A stretch of DNA of 61,033 nt, the filler included, from Nemertoderma westbladi (Eukaryota; Animalia; Xenacoelomorpha), in NCBI GenBank assembly GCA_032718475.1. It is 4 parts of 4 records of this genome, joined end to end, with 100 filler letters (N's around TTAATTAATTAA, not from the genome) between each part and the next. Parts side by side here need not be neighbours in the genome. Positions count along the whole stretch, not along the records: positions 1 to 23,152 come from JAUCBJ010002931.1; positions 23,253 to 35,341 come from JAUCBJ010001834.1; 2 more parts are not named here. One strand, written 5' to 3'. The stretch's first letter is position 1, and every line of letters starts with the position of its first letter. The notes below the pieces were generated by a model that saw only the letters and a program-made list of their open reading frames with translations, ran no database searches and had not been told where the DNA came from. Below, piece after piece: positions 14,181 to 27,116 of this stretch. The translations under genes were made by a program, and so were the position numbers.

Positions 14181-15979
14181 GTCTAGCTCTATCTAGGTCC
14201 CTGAACAGGCAGTACTCTGTTAATTTACAGGAGCTAATAAACCAACAGGTTGATGCCAGCAATGATGCTGATGACAGCAGGCAATCATCCCAGGCATGGA
14301 GATCGATCAACTTGCTTGCTGGTCGAAAAAGCCAAACAACCACCAAGGTTAAGGCTGAATCACCAGCCAATCGCCTCAATGGTTGGAAGGCCCACTTTGA
14401 AAAGCTCATCAATAATGACAGGGTATTGCCTGATAACTTTATAGAAGTAAAAGTGTCTGAGTCTGTACTCCCAGATATTCCCATTGGTGATATCTCCTTT
14501 GCAGAAGGGAAGGCTGCTGCAAAGAGCATTAAGACCAATCGTGCCAGTGGAGTAGATGGTGTTCCCCCTGAGGTCTTTAAAATACCTGAGTGTTTAAAGC
14601 TCATCTATCCCATCATAGTAGACATGTACCGAACAACAAGAGTCCCACAAGAAATGAAAAAATACCTGAGTGTTTAAAGCTCATCTATCCCATCATAGTA
14701 GACATGTACCGAACAACAAGAGTCCCACAAGAAATGAAAACAAATAAGTTGGTGCCAGTTCCCAAGAAGGGCAACCTAACACTCTATGGTTCTTTTCGGG
14801 GAATCTCATTGATCTCGATTGCTGCAAAGCTATACAATAGAATTCTATTAAATCGCAACAGGGATCCCATTGAGAGACTGCTCCGTGGAAATCAGAATGG
14901 GTTCCGTAAAGGTCATGGGACCATGGAGCCCATTTTGGCACTTAGAAGGATAATTGAAGAGTTATCAAAAAAGAAAGACAGGCATCTGGCTGTTATCTTT
15001 GTTGACTTCTTCAAGGCCTTTGATTCAGTCTCTCGCTCACGTATGTTCAGCATACTTTCATTATATGGGATTCCTGATGAAATTATTGCAGCAATCAGAT
15101 CAGTATACGATGGTTCGACAACATTTGTGTGTACTGTTGACGGTGACACAGAACCATTTGAAGTGTTATGGGGCGTCCTCCAGGGAGACACACTTGCACC
15201 ATTCTTGTTCATAATTGTTGTTGACTATGTTCTACGCATGTCCTTAGATCATCGTAATGATGATGGGGTGATGATAACCATTAACTTTGAAAGTCCTCAG
15301 CAAGTCTCTGATCGGATGAGCATAAGCTCAAAAGATGGTATGCTTGAAAGCATGTGGATGACTTCTGTTACCTGGGATCATGGATCCGGAAGTCAGGTGA
15401 GGACCTTCGAATACGTAAGGGAAAGACATGGGCAGCCTTGAATAGGCTTTCCAGGATAAGGAAGTCACCAAGAATTAATCGGAAACTTAAGGTCCGATTA
15501 TTTAGAGCAGTAGTAGTTCCAGTACTCCTCTATGGGAGTCCATGCTGGGCTCTAACTGCTGAGGACACCAAATCTCTGGATGGCACATTCACATGAATGC
15601 TACGCCGGGTTCATTGTGTCAAGTACAATGCACACATCTCCAACCAGACACTATATAACATTGGAGGTGTCTCATTGGTTCCCCCAAGCTTGACACTAGA
15701 ACAAAATCGCCTCCGCTTTGCAGGACATTGCTTCTGCCGTGAGGACCAGCCAGTGCATAATCTTGTACTTTGGCAGCCTCATGGAGTGAATAAGCATGGT
15801 GGACAGCCCATGACTTTCTTGAGACGCATCTTAAAGGACACTGACCTTGAAGATGCGGATGATCTAGCAAATGTCATGGGTGATAGGGAGTTGTAGCGGT
15901 GCATTTTAGTCGATAGGCCGGCACAGCATTCTTAAAAATGCAGCTGCAATGCAGCATGTCGATCCTAGTAGTAGTAATA
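14181..15979 (+). mobile_element. 5'-truncated RTE-clade LINE inserted in HERO copy 1
   Basis: RT motifs PVPKKG..FRGISL, QNGFRKG, FVDFFKAFDSV, GVLQGDTLAPFLF, YLGSWI, RLRFAGHC; (TAG)n tail; 22-bp TSD at 14159-14180 and 15980-16001 (1 mismatch). Confidence 0.92.
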
Positions 15980-18900
15980 GACCACCAGGGGAGGAAAAGG
16001 AACACACCATCCATAATTTCACTCGGCTAATGCTGGAGGGAAAAGTTAGAAGCGCAGTCAGATGGGTGACGGGGCGAGAATCCGGTGGGGTTCTCAACCC
16101 CAATGACGAGATCCAATCAGGAGGAAGTAACCAGCGGGTTTAGGATGTTCTCCGAGCTAAGCATCCCTCAGCGGCACTACCCACACTGGAGGCACTACTA
16201 CAACCTGAGGAAGACTTTCCACTCAGGGTTGATATGGATATCACGGCATCACACATTGAATCCGCTGCCCGTAAACTACACGGAGGCGCTGGTCCGGCAG
16301 GATCAGACTCTACCAGGTGGTGCCATTACCTCCTCAGCTATGGAGCCCATAGCGAGCGCCTCCGGGATGCAATAGCCAGTATTACCCACTCCATTGCAAA
16401 CTCAGTAGTTCCGTGGGAGTCGATTCGCGCATTACAGTCAGGATGGCTCATCTCCCTGGATAAATGTCCTGGTATTCGGCCAATAGGAATTGGGGAGTGC
16501 CTGCGACGGATCATGGGCCGTGCCATGGCAGAGGCGACTGGGGACGACATAACCAACACGTGCGGAGTGAAGCAGTTGTCAGCCGGCACCTCTGCGGGTG
16601 CTGAGGCGGCTATCCACTCAATGGCGGGAATATTTTAGGATAGGCGCGATGATGGGTTGGGTGTTCTCCTGGTTGATGCATCAAATGCATTCAATGCACT
16701 AAACAGAACGGCATCTCTGTGGAACGTCCGCCAACTGTGGCCCCGGTGTTCACTGTTCTTGTTCAACAGCTACCGGGACGAACAGAAGACATTTGTAGGG
16801 GCGAAGGTAGCAGCATGGGTCGCTTCTGTCGATAAACTGATCTCAGACAGTTTATCGACAGAAGCGACCCATGCTGCTACCCAGCCGGAGAGCCGCAGGC
16901 CGCATTCGCAGCGATGGCATGTTCTCTGCAAAGAGAATGGGCATATCTCCAGCGCGTAACGCCTAACTGTAGCCTTGAGTTTGTGGACCTGGAGCGCGCC
17001 ATCGCTGAGAAGTTCCTCCCAGCCGTTCTCAATGGAGATGTGTCAGTGAAGGAACGTAGCTTGTTCGCCCTGTCCCCTCGCACTGGCGGCCTGGGCCTAC
17101 GCAACCCCGTCGCAGAGGCCGCCGTCTCCTATAGGGTGTCACAAAGTGGAACTCGTGCCCTATCGCGGGCAATCCTGGGCGACGACAAATTCTCGACATC
17201 TAGAATGCCTCCAATATGCGAGGAAGGCTGGGCGGGTGGAACAGCTGGCCCGCGAGGAAGGCCAGTATAAGGAAGCGGTGGAGGAGATGCCTGAAGACCG
17301 GCGAAGGGCTATCCAGCGCGCTGCGGACTTCCGCTCGGGTGGGTGGATCTCCTCCCTCCCGATATCGGAACACCAGCTGGATCTTTCGCCCCAGGAGTTC
17401 AGGGACGTGCTGGCCATCCGGTATGGCCGTCCCTTAGCATCGGTTCCAAGCCGCTGTGACGGATGCGGGGCCGCCTTCGACATTAACCACGGGTTAAATT
17501 GTAAGAAAGGCGGCCTTGTAATACAGCGGCATAATGAGCTGCGGGACCTCATGGGGGGGGACATCGCGGCCCAGGCGTTCGGCCCACGCAACGTGGTGTT
17601 GGAACCCATCGTCCGGGAACAGGCGGGGATTGAGGACAAGGCGGGGCTACGTTGCGACATCGGGATTCGGGGCGCGTTTGAGAGTCGCCCGGCGTTGATT
17701 GATATAAAGGTAAATGAACCTTGACAGCCGGGTCTTACTCAAGCCACGCCCCAATGAGTGTTCTCGAGTCCGCCGAGGATGCTAAGAAGCGTATCTATGC
17801 CAACGCCGTTTCTGATTGTCGTGGCAACTTCTCCCCGTCTGTCGCCTCGTGCAATGGGATCGTGGCTCCACAAGCCAACAAACTGCTCCGGACCTTTGCG
17901 GAGAGGCTGCATCGCACGTGGGGGAAACCTTATAGTGTGGTAATGGGCTGGGTCTGGACCCAAGTCAAACTCGCCATTATCCGCGGGGCTTCCCACTGCC
18001 TCCGTGGATCCTGGGTGAATTGGCGCAGCGGACTGGGCCTGGAGGACGGTGCAGGGCTGCCCTCATTGGCCTATTACTAGGCAACCGGCAACTGCCCTTC
18101 ACGTTATAAAACAATTTAAATATTAATTGTTAACTACTGTTCACGTTATAAAACATTTTAAATATTAATTGTTAACTACTGTGCATATTTGTTGTATTTT
18201 GTTTTAATATAAAAAAATTAAAATTGGGTTGGGTTCATTATATTGGTGCACAAAGACAATTTATTTATTATCTGGTAGAAACGTGATTCACGCAGTTTGT
18301 GGTGCTCTTCCCTAGTATTTAGTTTGTTACTCACCTGTCGAATCACCATCAATTGTCTGTTTTTCTGCTTTAGGAACTCAAATTTACCATCGCCCTACAG
18401 CGTTTGATACCTAACTCTTATTAACTCTTTATATATAATTTGAAGCAATTAGATTCATTAAGGTTTTTACTATTAACAATTTACTTTAAAATATAATCTA
18501 CATAATAACCATAACAAAAGATCACTACCACTATAAGGAAAAATAAAATACTCATAGGAAGTCATAAAAGCGATTGAAAGGAACTTAAACTTCATATGTA
18601 TGTTAACTGTGTGTTTTTTATTGTGTTATTTTGTAAAGCCTGCCCTGGAATGCATTCTCTTGTAATCATATTTTCACTTACGCTAACGGCAGGAGTTTCT
18701 TTTTTTATTTTAAATAATAGTAAATCAAAGGGGAAAAAACAAATAATTTCATTACTCGCTAAATTCCATCTTCTTCAAGAAAATAATCGCATTTTGTTCC
18801 ACAAAGTCTTTGATTGAAACAGATTGCATTAAACCTCAAAATTTCATTTCAACAAAACTCCCTATGGACAGTTCACTTGTCTTTTGTGGACGATAATTCG

Positions 18901-21900
18901 TTTTATAAAAGATTCTCTCCCAAGTTATCGCTACTCCAAATTTCTTATCAAGTTAGAAGGATGTGAGCCAGGTGCAGGGCGGGAAGCTAGCAAACCGGGG
19001 CGTCCTGTGGATGGATAACACAGGTGAACCATAGCAATCGATTAAGGGAGAGGAGTGGCTGTAGCAGCTACGCTCTTATTGGGAATTGATAAAATCAGTA
19101 ATTGCATTCATTCATCCCCCAAAGGTTGGCATTATAATTGTGATACGTTCTTCAGTTACATTGGCATCTCATTGCCACAGCCAAGCTACACCCTGCACTC
19201 TCCACGTTTACAGCTAGTCGGTTACTGCTAGCCGGCAATAGAAAGTATATAATAAAGTATGTAATAAAATATGTAATAAAGATATTTGATATATTATCTG
19301 ATAGATTGCAATGCTCTGAGTTGAAAAATAGAATTATAATAATGTTTGTTCACACCAAAATGTTTTCTTGTTTGTTTGTCGGAAATCATACAAGTGGATT
19401 TAATACAGAGGGTAAAAGTTAAATTTACAATAATGAATAAAGTTGTCATTATAAATATCGCCTCATCCTACAAAAACTGTCGAAAATGTCAAAAAAAAGG
19501 AATTATTATATGTCAAAAAAAGGAATTATTCAGAGATAAGGGTAATTCATTGTATGGAATTGGGATAGGTGCATTAGCATTAGTCTATTTCCTTATTTCA
19601 ATTACTCCCACCCAGAATGTAAAAACTCGACATTTCACAAGGCTAACCAGATAAATTAGGACTATTCCATTGAAAACGGTATTCATTTCATATCAACTGA
19701 AAGGTTTTTTGTCCTGGTATATAATTACTCAATTTGATTAAAAGGTTCGATTCAATGAAGTTAAAAAGCAAGCAACCATCCAATATCATCATCAATAATA
19801 ATTTATAAAAACTATAACTGCAATCTCATTAACTACACACACTGCAACTCTAGTTAATTCTTTATCAAGCGGAAATGCAATACATGTGGCAACTTTGTAA
19901 ATTTTGGGAAATATAAAATTCTTAATTTAGAATCATAGAATGGCATATTTTTAATCCAACTGAGATAAAATTAAAAGTAAATTGACAACAATTAAAAAAA
20001 GCAGGTTAAACGTGTGGTCTTAAATGATAAACGGTATCACCTGATTGCAAAAAATTACCTATAATCTACACTACATTTGACTCCACAGCCATGGCAGTAT
20101 AGTACACTTAACGCCAGACACAGGTGCACAAGTAGGAATGTACCGTAAATTAAATTATCATATGATTTCACATTATTAAATGGGGTTCTATACAAAAAAG
20201 TGATGAGCCAGAATTATTTAATCTCGTGCCATAAATATTAAATCACAATATGCCAGAAGAATTACAATTATCCACCACAAAATAAACCAAGCAAGACAGT
20301 GATTCTCACAATACATTTTTACCCCCTACCACTGATAAGGAATGTTCACCAACTTTAATTCACTTCTTTCTTCCTAATGGAATGCTAAAGTATGGAAAGA
20401 TAATTCCAGTGTCACATCGTAATAAATCACAGAAGAATAGATGAAAAACATTGAAAAGACTCTGTGAAGGGTTTCTATGCTAATTCCAAATGGCATTTCA
20501 CTTACAAAAATATATTAATTAAATTTCCCAGTTTGGCCACGCTGATGTCAATCAACCTTTCGTTGGGAATGAAGTCCTATTATTGACTGAGATACTAATT
20601 ATCATGCTAAGCACATAAAATACTTTCCTCTTCTTCATCCATCTATATTCAAATTATGAGACAGGGGGGGAAACTCGACGCAAAACCCGCCTTGGCGAAA
20701 TAATAATATTATTATTGTTATATTAATATCCCGCCTCAATGTCCCCTCCCCCCCCCCCCCCCCATTTATTCCACCAGAAATTCTAGGTGAAGGAATTTCT
20801 TCCCACATGCCTATCTATTTTTAAATATCAGAGCACTGGATATTTATGATGAAAAGTTTTGAAACACTGTGTACCTGCAATATGTACCTGTGTACATGCA
20901 ACAATGTGTACCTGAAATACAGTTTCCTGCAATTTAAACGCTCCAGCCCATAATAATAAGGGTTCACAGTAAACAGTACAAGTTAATAATTGTGAATTAT
21001 TGTACATGTAATGGCAAAACACATAAAAATTACAAATTAGATTGAAAATTATAGTCTATGCACATTAGAATAGTTAGTAATTTTATGAAATATGATATTC
21101 ATCGCTCGTCGTCCCAAAACATATTCGTCTCTCCATCTCCATACTTACTGGCTTATCAGGGCAAATCTGAAGGTTGTTGCCAATGCCACACAGTAATGGC
21201 TTGGCTGTGGTTGAAGCTCATCTATTCGTACCTCAGCAGGACATGTAATTCATAAGTTAAATGCACCATTCCATAACGATACAATGTTACACTGGCAAGT
21301 ACATAGTTGGCATCCTGTCCGAGAAAATCGATTTTGTGCTACATACTGCGGCAGTGGGTGTCATTCGTTGTTTGAACCACATCACTTTCTGTTTACGCTA
21401 CGCACCCGCTCGCGGGTATAATTTGTAGTTAAGCATACCGGTTGACGGGATTATTGTGTTATTTCACCAAGCTGGTTGATTGAAATACTTTCAAGTGACT
21501 ATCTTTTTCACTCGTGAATAGTGAGTGCATAGATATAAATGCGGAAAATAGACATGTTGATATACTATCAAGCACAAAAGTCGTTTTTCATCAATTATTG
21601 CATAGTAAAACATAACAATATTAATACAATTGTAAGTAAGAAGACCAATAGTTCTTTGTTGTAATTGAACAACACTTCTCAAAAGTGTTCATTCATTGGA
21701 CCAATATTTAATATACAATATGGCTGGATTCACAATAACAGATATCCATGCTGGTTTATACGTATGGTCAAAATAGGACATTGAGTTTAGTTGAGAAATA
21801 AAATATAATTATTTTTATTGTCCGTTTTGTTTATTATGTTTATGTTTACAGATATAAATGGGGGGGGGGGGGGGGGGACTTTCAATTAAAATCAAGATTA

Positions 21901-22023
21901 CTGCATATATTATACCTGAAGTTTTGCCATGTTGATACCTCAAATTTCAACTATAGCTGAATGCTTGTAAAAACCTTTATAATATTCAACCGTGGATATT
22001 TAAGAATTATAACCCCGGCCGGA

Positions 22024-22602
22024 CTACTACTACTAGGATCGGCATGCTGCATTGCAGCTGCATTTTTAAGAATGCTGTGCCGGCTTATCGACAAAATTGC
22101 ACCGCCACAACTCCTATCACCCATGACATTTGATAGATCATCCGCATCTTCAAGGCCAGTGTCCTTTAAGATGCGTCTCAAGAAAGTCATGGGCTGTCCA
22201 CCATGCTTATTCACTCCATGAGGCTGCCAAATTACAAGATTATGCACTGGCTGGTCCTCACGGCGAAAGCAATGTCCTGCAAAGCGGAGGCGATTTTGTT
22301 CTAGTGTCAAGCTTGGGGGAACCAATGAGACACCTCAAATGTTATATAGTGTCTGGTTGGAGATGTGTGTATTGAACATGACACAATTAACCCGGCATAG
22401 CATTCTTGTGAATGTGCCATCCAGAGATTTGGTGTCCTCAGCAGTTAGAGCTGGAACTACTGCTGCTCTAAATAATCGGACCTTAAGTTTCCGATTAATT
22501 CTCGGTGACTTCCAAATCCTGGAAAGCCTATTCAAGGCTGCCCATGCCTTTCCCTTACGTATTCGAAGGTCCTCACCTGATTTCCGGATCCATGATCCAT
22601 GG
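22024..22602 (-). mobile_element. 5'-truncated RTE-clade LINE of the same family
   Basis: Close reverse-complement match to 15375-15975; (CTA)n tail; 11-bp TSD ccccggccgga at 22013-22023 and 22603-22613. Confidence 0.9.
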
Positions 22603-22781
22603 CCCCGGCCGGAGCCGGAGCCCTAAAGCCTTCTGACACGATTTAAGAATGGCAATTAAGCAAAATACTCAATGATGCCTGCTGGGTTACACCCGGATTA
22701 TTACCAACCAAAATCACACAGAACATTCACTATTTTATAATCCTCACATGTAGTACATGTAATCAATTAGGTGTTGAAATA

Positions 22782-23057
22782 TTGGAAAGGTCGATAAGGC
22801 GAAAACTGTCTAGGCTACACCTAGAGAGGTGGTTTGATGGAAATAAAATTGACGATGTCATAGACGCTATAAAGAAAGAACAGGAACTGAGAGGTACTGC
22901 GGCAGGATACAGGCAGGTACAAAAGACTTTAATGTTCAAATACAAACTTTATGTTCCTCGATTGGTCGTGCAGAAAATTATGTTCGCATTAAACCCAGAG
23001 GCCGTAAAACGTCGTTTAGGAAACCATGTTACTCGAAGAACTTATTTATCGAAAGGA
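22782..23057 (+). pseudogene. N-terminal fragment of an IS3EU-like / integrase-core DDE transposase
   Basis: GYRQVQKTL..VPRLVVQKIM..NPEAVKRR..RRTYLSKG matches the motif that normally precedes PNxxWHxDG; the catalytic part is missing. Confidence 0.6.
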
Positions 23058-23152
23058 GGATGGAGGATATTGATGGAAGTTGTTGAAGCCATTTGGGCTA
23101 ACGGTACAGGGCGCAATCGATGGCTACAGATGTAACTTATTATGGTTGAGGT

Positions 23153-23252
23153 NNNNNNNNNNNNNNNNNNNNNNNNNNNNNNNNNNNNNNNNNNNNTTAA
23201 TTAATTAANNNNNNNNNNNNNNNNNNNNNNNNNNNNNNNNNNNNNNNNNNNN
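23153..23252. other. Assembly gap with TTAATTAATTAA linker
   Basis: N run, 12-nt linker, N run; 100 nt in total. Confidence 0.98.
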
Positions 23253-23539
23253 ATTTCCCGAAAGCCAATAATATCTGTCAGAGATTAATTATTAACGATC
23301 TATCGAATAATACATTAGGTATACACTGCAACCTTACACTGTAATAATACAATTCAAGCATCCGAATTCAGTCTCCCGGGTGTAGATCCATCGGGTGAAT
23401 GATCGCGCATGGGCTGACTTCGGCTAATGTTTTGCGTATTAGCATAAATTATTGTCGTATGCTAAAGTGGTTTTAATTAACTAAAAGACATATAAAATTT
23501 GGCAGGTTAAACTGCTAAAGGTCTTCAAAAGCGCGAACA
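23253..23539. repeat. LTR-like dispersed repeat, inverted relative to 40196-40457, start lost in gap
   Basis: Reverse-complement similarity to 40196-40450; ends gcgcgaaca. Confidence 0.7.
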
Positions 23540-24365
23540 AACATATTAAGTTAGGGGCGGGGGGGGGGGGGGGTGCGATCTTTGTCAGGTGATCAAAGTA
23601 GTATTATACTTAATTATATTTAATATATATGTAATATATATAATGCAGCTGCAATGCAGCACTCCGATAGCAGTAGTAGTATTTCCTAGACGAGCGCCAA
23701 GGTTAGAGTAAATCACCACACCCATTGATTCTCTATCAAATTGAAATCCACATAAAAGACTATTAAGAACAGCACTAAACATCATCACATGACTTATGCT
23801 GAGATTTATTGTCAAATACCATGAGTGTTGGAGACAGGCGATGAATATATATCCTGGGTGTTATATCCTTGGTTATCTTACAGTATGGGAAACTTCCGTT
23901 AAGATTATTGGTTCCCATGACCTGAGTCATATTCAAGGAACATAGTCACGGATTTTAATGAATTATAATCGATTTCTACGTACACACACCCCCTTCTTGT
24001 ATAAAGATGACAAACATTACATTACAGAGATATTTGCGATAGATAATATCTCCCTTGGAACACACAGCCCATTAATTAGTGAACTAAATGGTAACACCCA
24101 TATTTGTAGAAGTAAAGTTCAGTTGGTACCAAACCATATAAAAGGCTGATAAACGGCTGTGTGTCAGTCAGTATACCTTACGAGTACTTAATCACAGTGT
24201 CGCAGAATCGCTACAATTTATTCAGCTCCAAAGATCCTGACGAAAGACAAAATTTATCTACAAATAAATGTAAGTTTGTAATCTAATTGCGTTGCCTTAT
24301 GTTATATATATAAAGTAGCAAAGGTGCAGAAATATTTTTGTAGAAATAGATACATTTTTAGTAAT

Positions 24366-25526
24366 GGAAGCAGGACAATTCGGTCCCGGACAATTCGGTC
24401 CGGACAATTCGGTCCCGGACAATTCGGTCCCGGACAATTCGGTCCCATAAATTTTGTATTTTGGGACCGAATTGTCCGGGACCGAATTGTCCGGATACTG
24501 ACTAGGACAATTCGGTCCCAAAACATGCATATTAATGGGACCGAATTGTCCGGACCGAATTGTCCGGGACCGAATTGTCCGGGACCGAATTGTCCTGGAC
24601 CGAATTGTCCGTGACCAAATTTTATTGGTATTATATAATGGTGAATGTTCTAGAACCTTAATATATATTATTATATGGTAGCTAGTGTTTTTTTTTACTA
24701 GCTAGTATTTTTTTTTAAATAAAAAAAATTTACTTTTTTTGTTAACATTATTATTTATGGTAGCTATGGTGTTTTTATGGAGCTTGTGAATTATTTACTA
24801 GCTAGTAATAGTATGTATTTAAAATGTTTATTTTTAAAACTGATTTTTTTTTATATATTGCGTATGTATATACTGTATGTGTTGTTGGTTGGTTAACAAG
24901 CCTAAATTATTATCCTAGATAATAGCTGGATCTCATTCAGGGACTCGGACTGTTATAATATCATCAATATTATGGGTAATTAATATAATCAGCAACAGTT
25001 TAGGCCTAATTCTGAAATATCAATGTTTTCACAAGTTTTTTTTATAATTTCAAGGAAATGTTAGCTATTAAAAAAAACACTAGCTACACCTTAATAAATG
25101 ATATATAATAATGTTCTCGAACACTACCAATAACAAAAATTAAAAAAAATACAGTATTTTTAAATTACAAAAAATTCTAGCAAGTAAATAACACTAGCTA
25201 CCATAACAAATATCACTACTAATGTTCTAGAACATTCACCAATATAAAAAAAGCACTAAAAAGTTGCTATTAGGAACCGGACAATTTGGTCCTGGACAAT
25301 TCGGTCCCGGACAATTCGGTCCCGGACAATTCGGTCCCGGACAATTCGGTCCCGGACAATTCGGTCCTAGGACAATTCGGTCCTAGGACAATTCGGTCCC
25401 AGACAATTCGGTCCCGGACAATTCGGTCCCATTTATTTAGTGTTTTGGGACCGAATTGTCCGGGACCGAATTGTCCGGACCGAATTGTCCGGGACCGAAT
25501 TGTCCGGGACCGAATTGTCCTAATCC
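24366..25526. mobile_element. Foldback/MITE element with 15-16-bp ggacaattcggtccc arrays in alternating orientation and long imperfect TIRs
   Basis: Arrays at 24373-24615 and 25279-25520; inner AT-rich arms also inverted (tggtgaatgttctagaac / gttctagaacattcacca). Confidence 0.85.
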
Positions 25527-26859
25527 TTTAGTAATATATTTTCTCCTGAACATCTTATATTAAATCTTTCACCAACATTATTAATGTTGCTTCATAAACA
25601 TACAACAACATTCCAGTCACAGTGTGACCGTACACTTAATCAGGTTATACAGTATAAATAACTAGACCTATTATCTGTCTGTTCGTACATATTTAGACCT
25701 ACCAGCTGTCTCTATGTACATAAAGTACATACGGAGATTTACCATCAGTATGTACGTAGATACCAACACAGAACATCAATCTTTACATACATAGATACCT
25801 ACTGTCATTATTACTAAACCATAATTACTATCGGCTTGTAATATTATTATTTTAGGTTGATCAACGATACAGAAGATCAAATTCGAAGTGAATATAGACG
25901 AACCTCCCCAGTTACCAACGTTCCTTCTCGTTCCATCCAATAACCTTCAGTTCCAGAACTTAATAATTGTAAATCAACCCATTGTAAGTTATACTTTTGT
26001 TATATATTATAATGTGAGCCGTATTTTAGGGTGCAGGTTTAATAGTATTTATAATGGAATATGGAAGCAATGTTAAGTTTTTCGTTTGTGATATTTATGT
26101 TCCCGAGATATTCATAGATATTTCGATAGTAAAACAATATCCTTCTGGTGGGTTTGGACGCAGAGTGGAGGCAGTTAGTTTGTAATGAATTATTTTACAT
26201 TTTTTACATATTTTTTTTAATATATGTACGAGGATTATTTTATTTATTTAATATCGGCGAATAGGAGTCAGCATGGAATGAAGAAATTGCATTGAATTTG
26301 GTAAGATAAACCTATTTTTGTAATCCATTTCTGTAATGATCTGTTTCGGATGTAACCAAACCAATAGACACGGCGGTACGTATCATTTACCTTTACCGCA
26401 AACAAATTATTCCGTTAAAAATGAGTGTAAATGTTAGACCAAAACTCTATGATGATATATGTAAGCCGACCACTTGCGACTTACTCTCAGTTCACTGGGT
26501 CGAATAGTCGCCTTTATACATGACCCAAGAGTGGTTGGAACTTGGCCTAAACTAAATACTCTCTATGTAAAAAACTAGCCGACTTCTAGAGATCCTCCAA
26601 AGTCACCTATGGTCGGCTGGTCGGCTTTCCTATATAATGAAATGAACTAGTGGCTCAAACTCACAAAAAGTGGCCAAAAAAATTCATTTTTTTGTAAAAA
26701 AAAAGTTTCCCAAAGTATGTAATATTATATATCACCAGAAAGCTCTTGATGCGCTGAATTCAATGGTGGTAATTTCCCAATAGCCCCGACCTCCTGGTAA
26801 CAAATAATTGAGAAAAACAGATGTCCATTCCTGTAACACTTGTCCCACAATGTACCGGA

Positions 26860-27116
26860 TGTAACAGATCCCCTCATACTTCCCACTCCGTCTCCCACAC
26901 CCGCCACAGATCCTCCTGTACTTCCCACTCCGTCTCCCACACCGTCCACAGATCCTCCGTACTTCCCACTCAATCACCCACACCCTCCACAGATCCGCCC
27001 ATACCTCCCACTCCGTCTCCTACACCCTCCACAGATCCCCCCATACATCCCACTTCGCCTCCCACACCCTCCACAGATCCTCCTGTACTTCCCACTCCGT
27101 CTCCCACACCGTCCAC
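26860..27116. repeat. 42-bp minisatellite, about 6 copies
   Basis: Unit cacagatcctcctgtacttcccactccgtctcccacaccgtc. Confidence 0.9.

Larger units (their letters stand above)
12265..18222 (+). mobile_element. HERO-like non-LTR retrotransposon (RLE/R2 group), copy 1, disrupted
   Basis: Cys-rich N-terminus, heptad repeats, RT motifs LDKCPGIRPIGIGE and [14 protein letters not shown], zinc knuckle CDGCG..HGLNCKKGG..RHNE, endonuclease RCDIGIRG..IDIKV, end WRSGLGLEDGAGL (stop 18080), A-rich tail near 18210; stops, frameshifts, RT-core deletion, RTE insertion. Confidence 0.9.

Noticed and set aside
19346-21330. Short ORFs and exon-like patches
   Set aside because: No recognisable protein motif or consistent frame
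23197-23208. TTAATTAATTAA embedded in N runs (also at the other two gaps)
   Set aside because: Artificial scaffolding linker; adjacency across these gaps is not reliable evidence
24297-25531. ORFs with GPNCP/PDNSV repeats and a CRISPR-like look
   Set aside because: Translations of contiguous MITE repeats; no unique spacers and no cas genes
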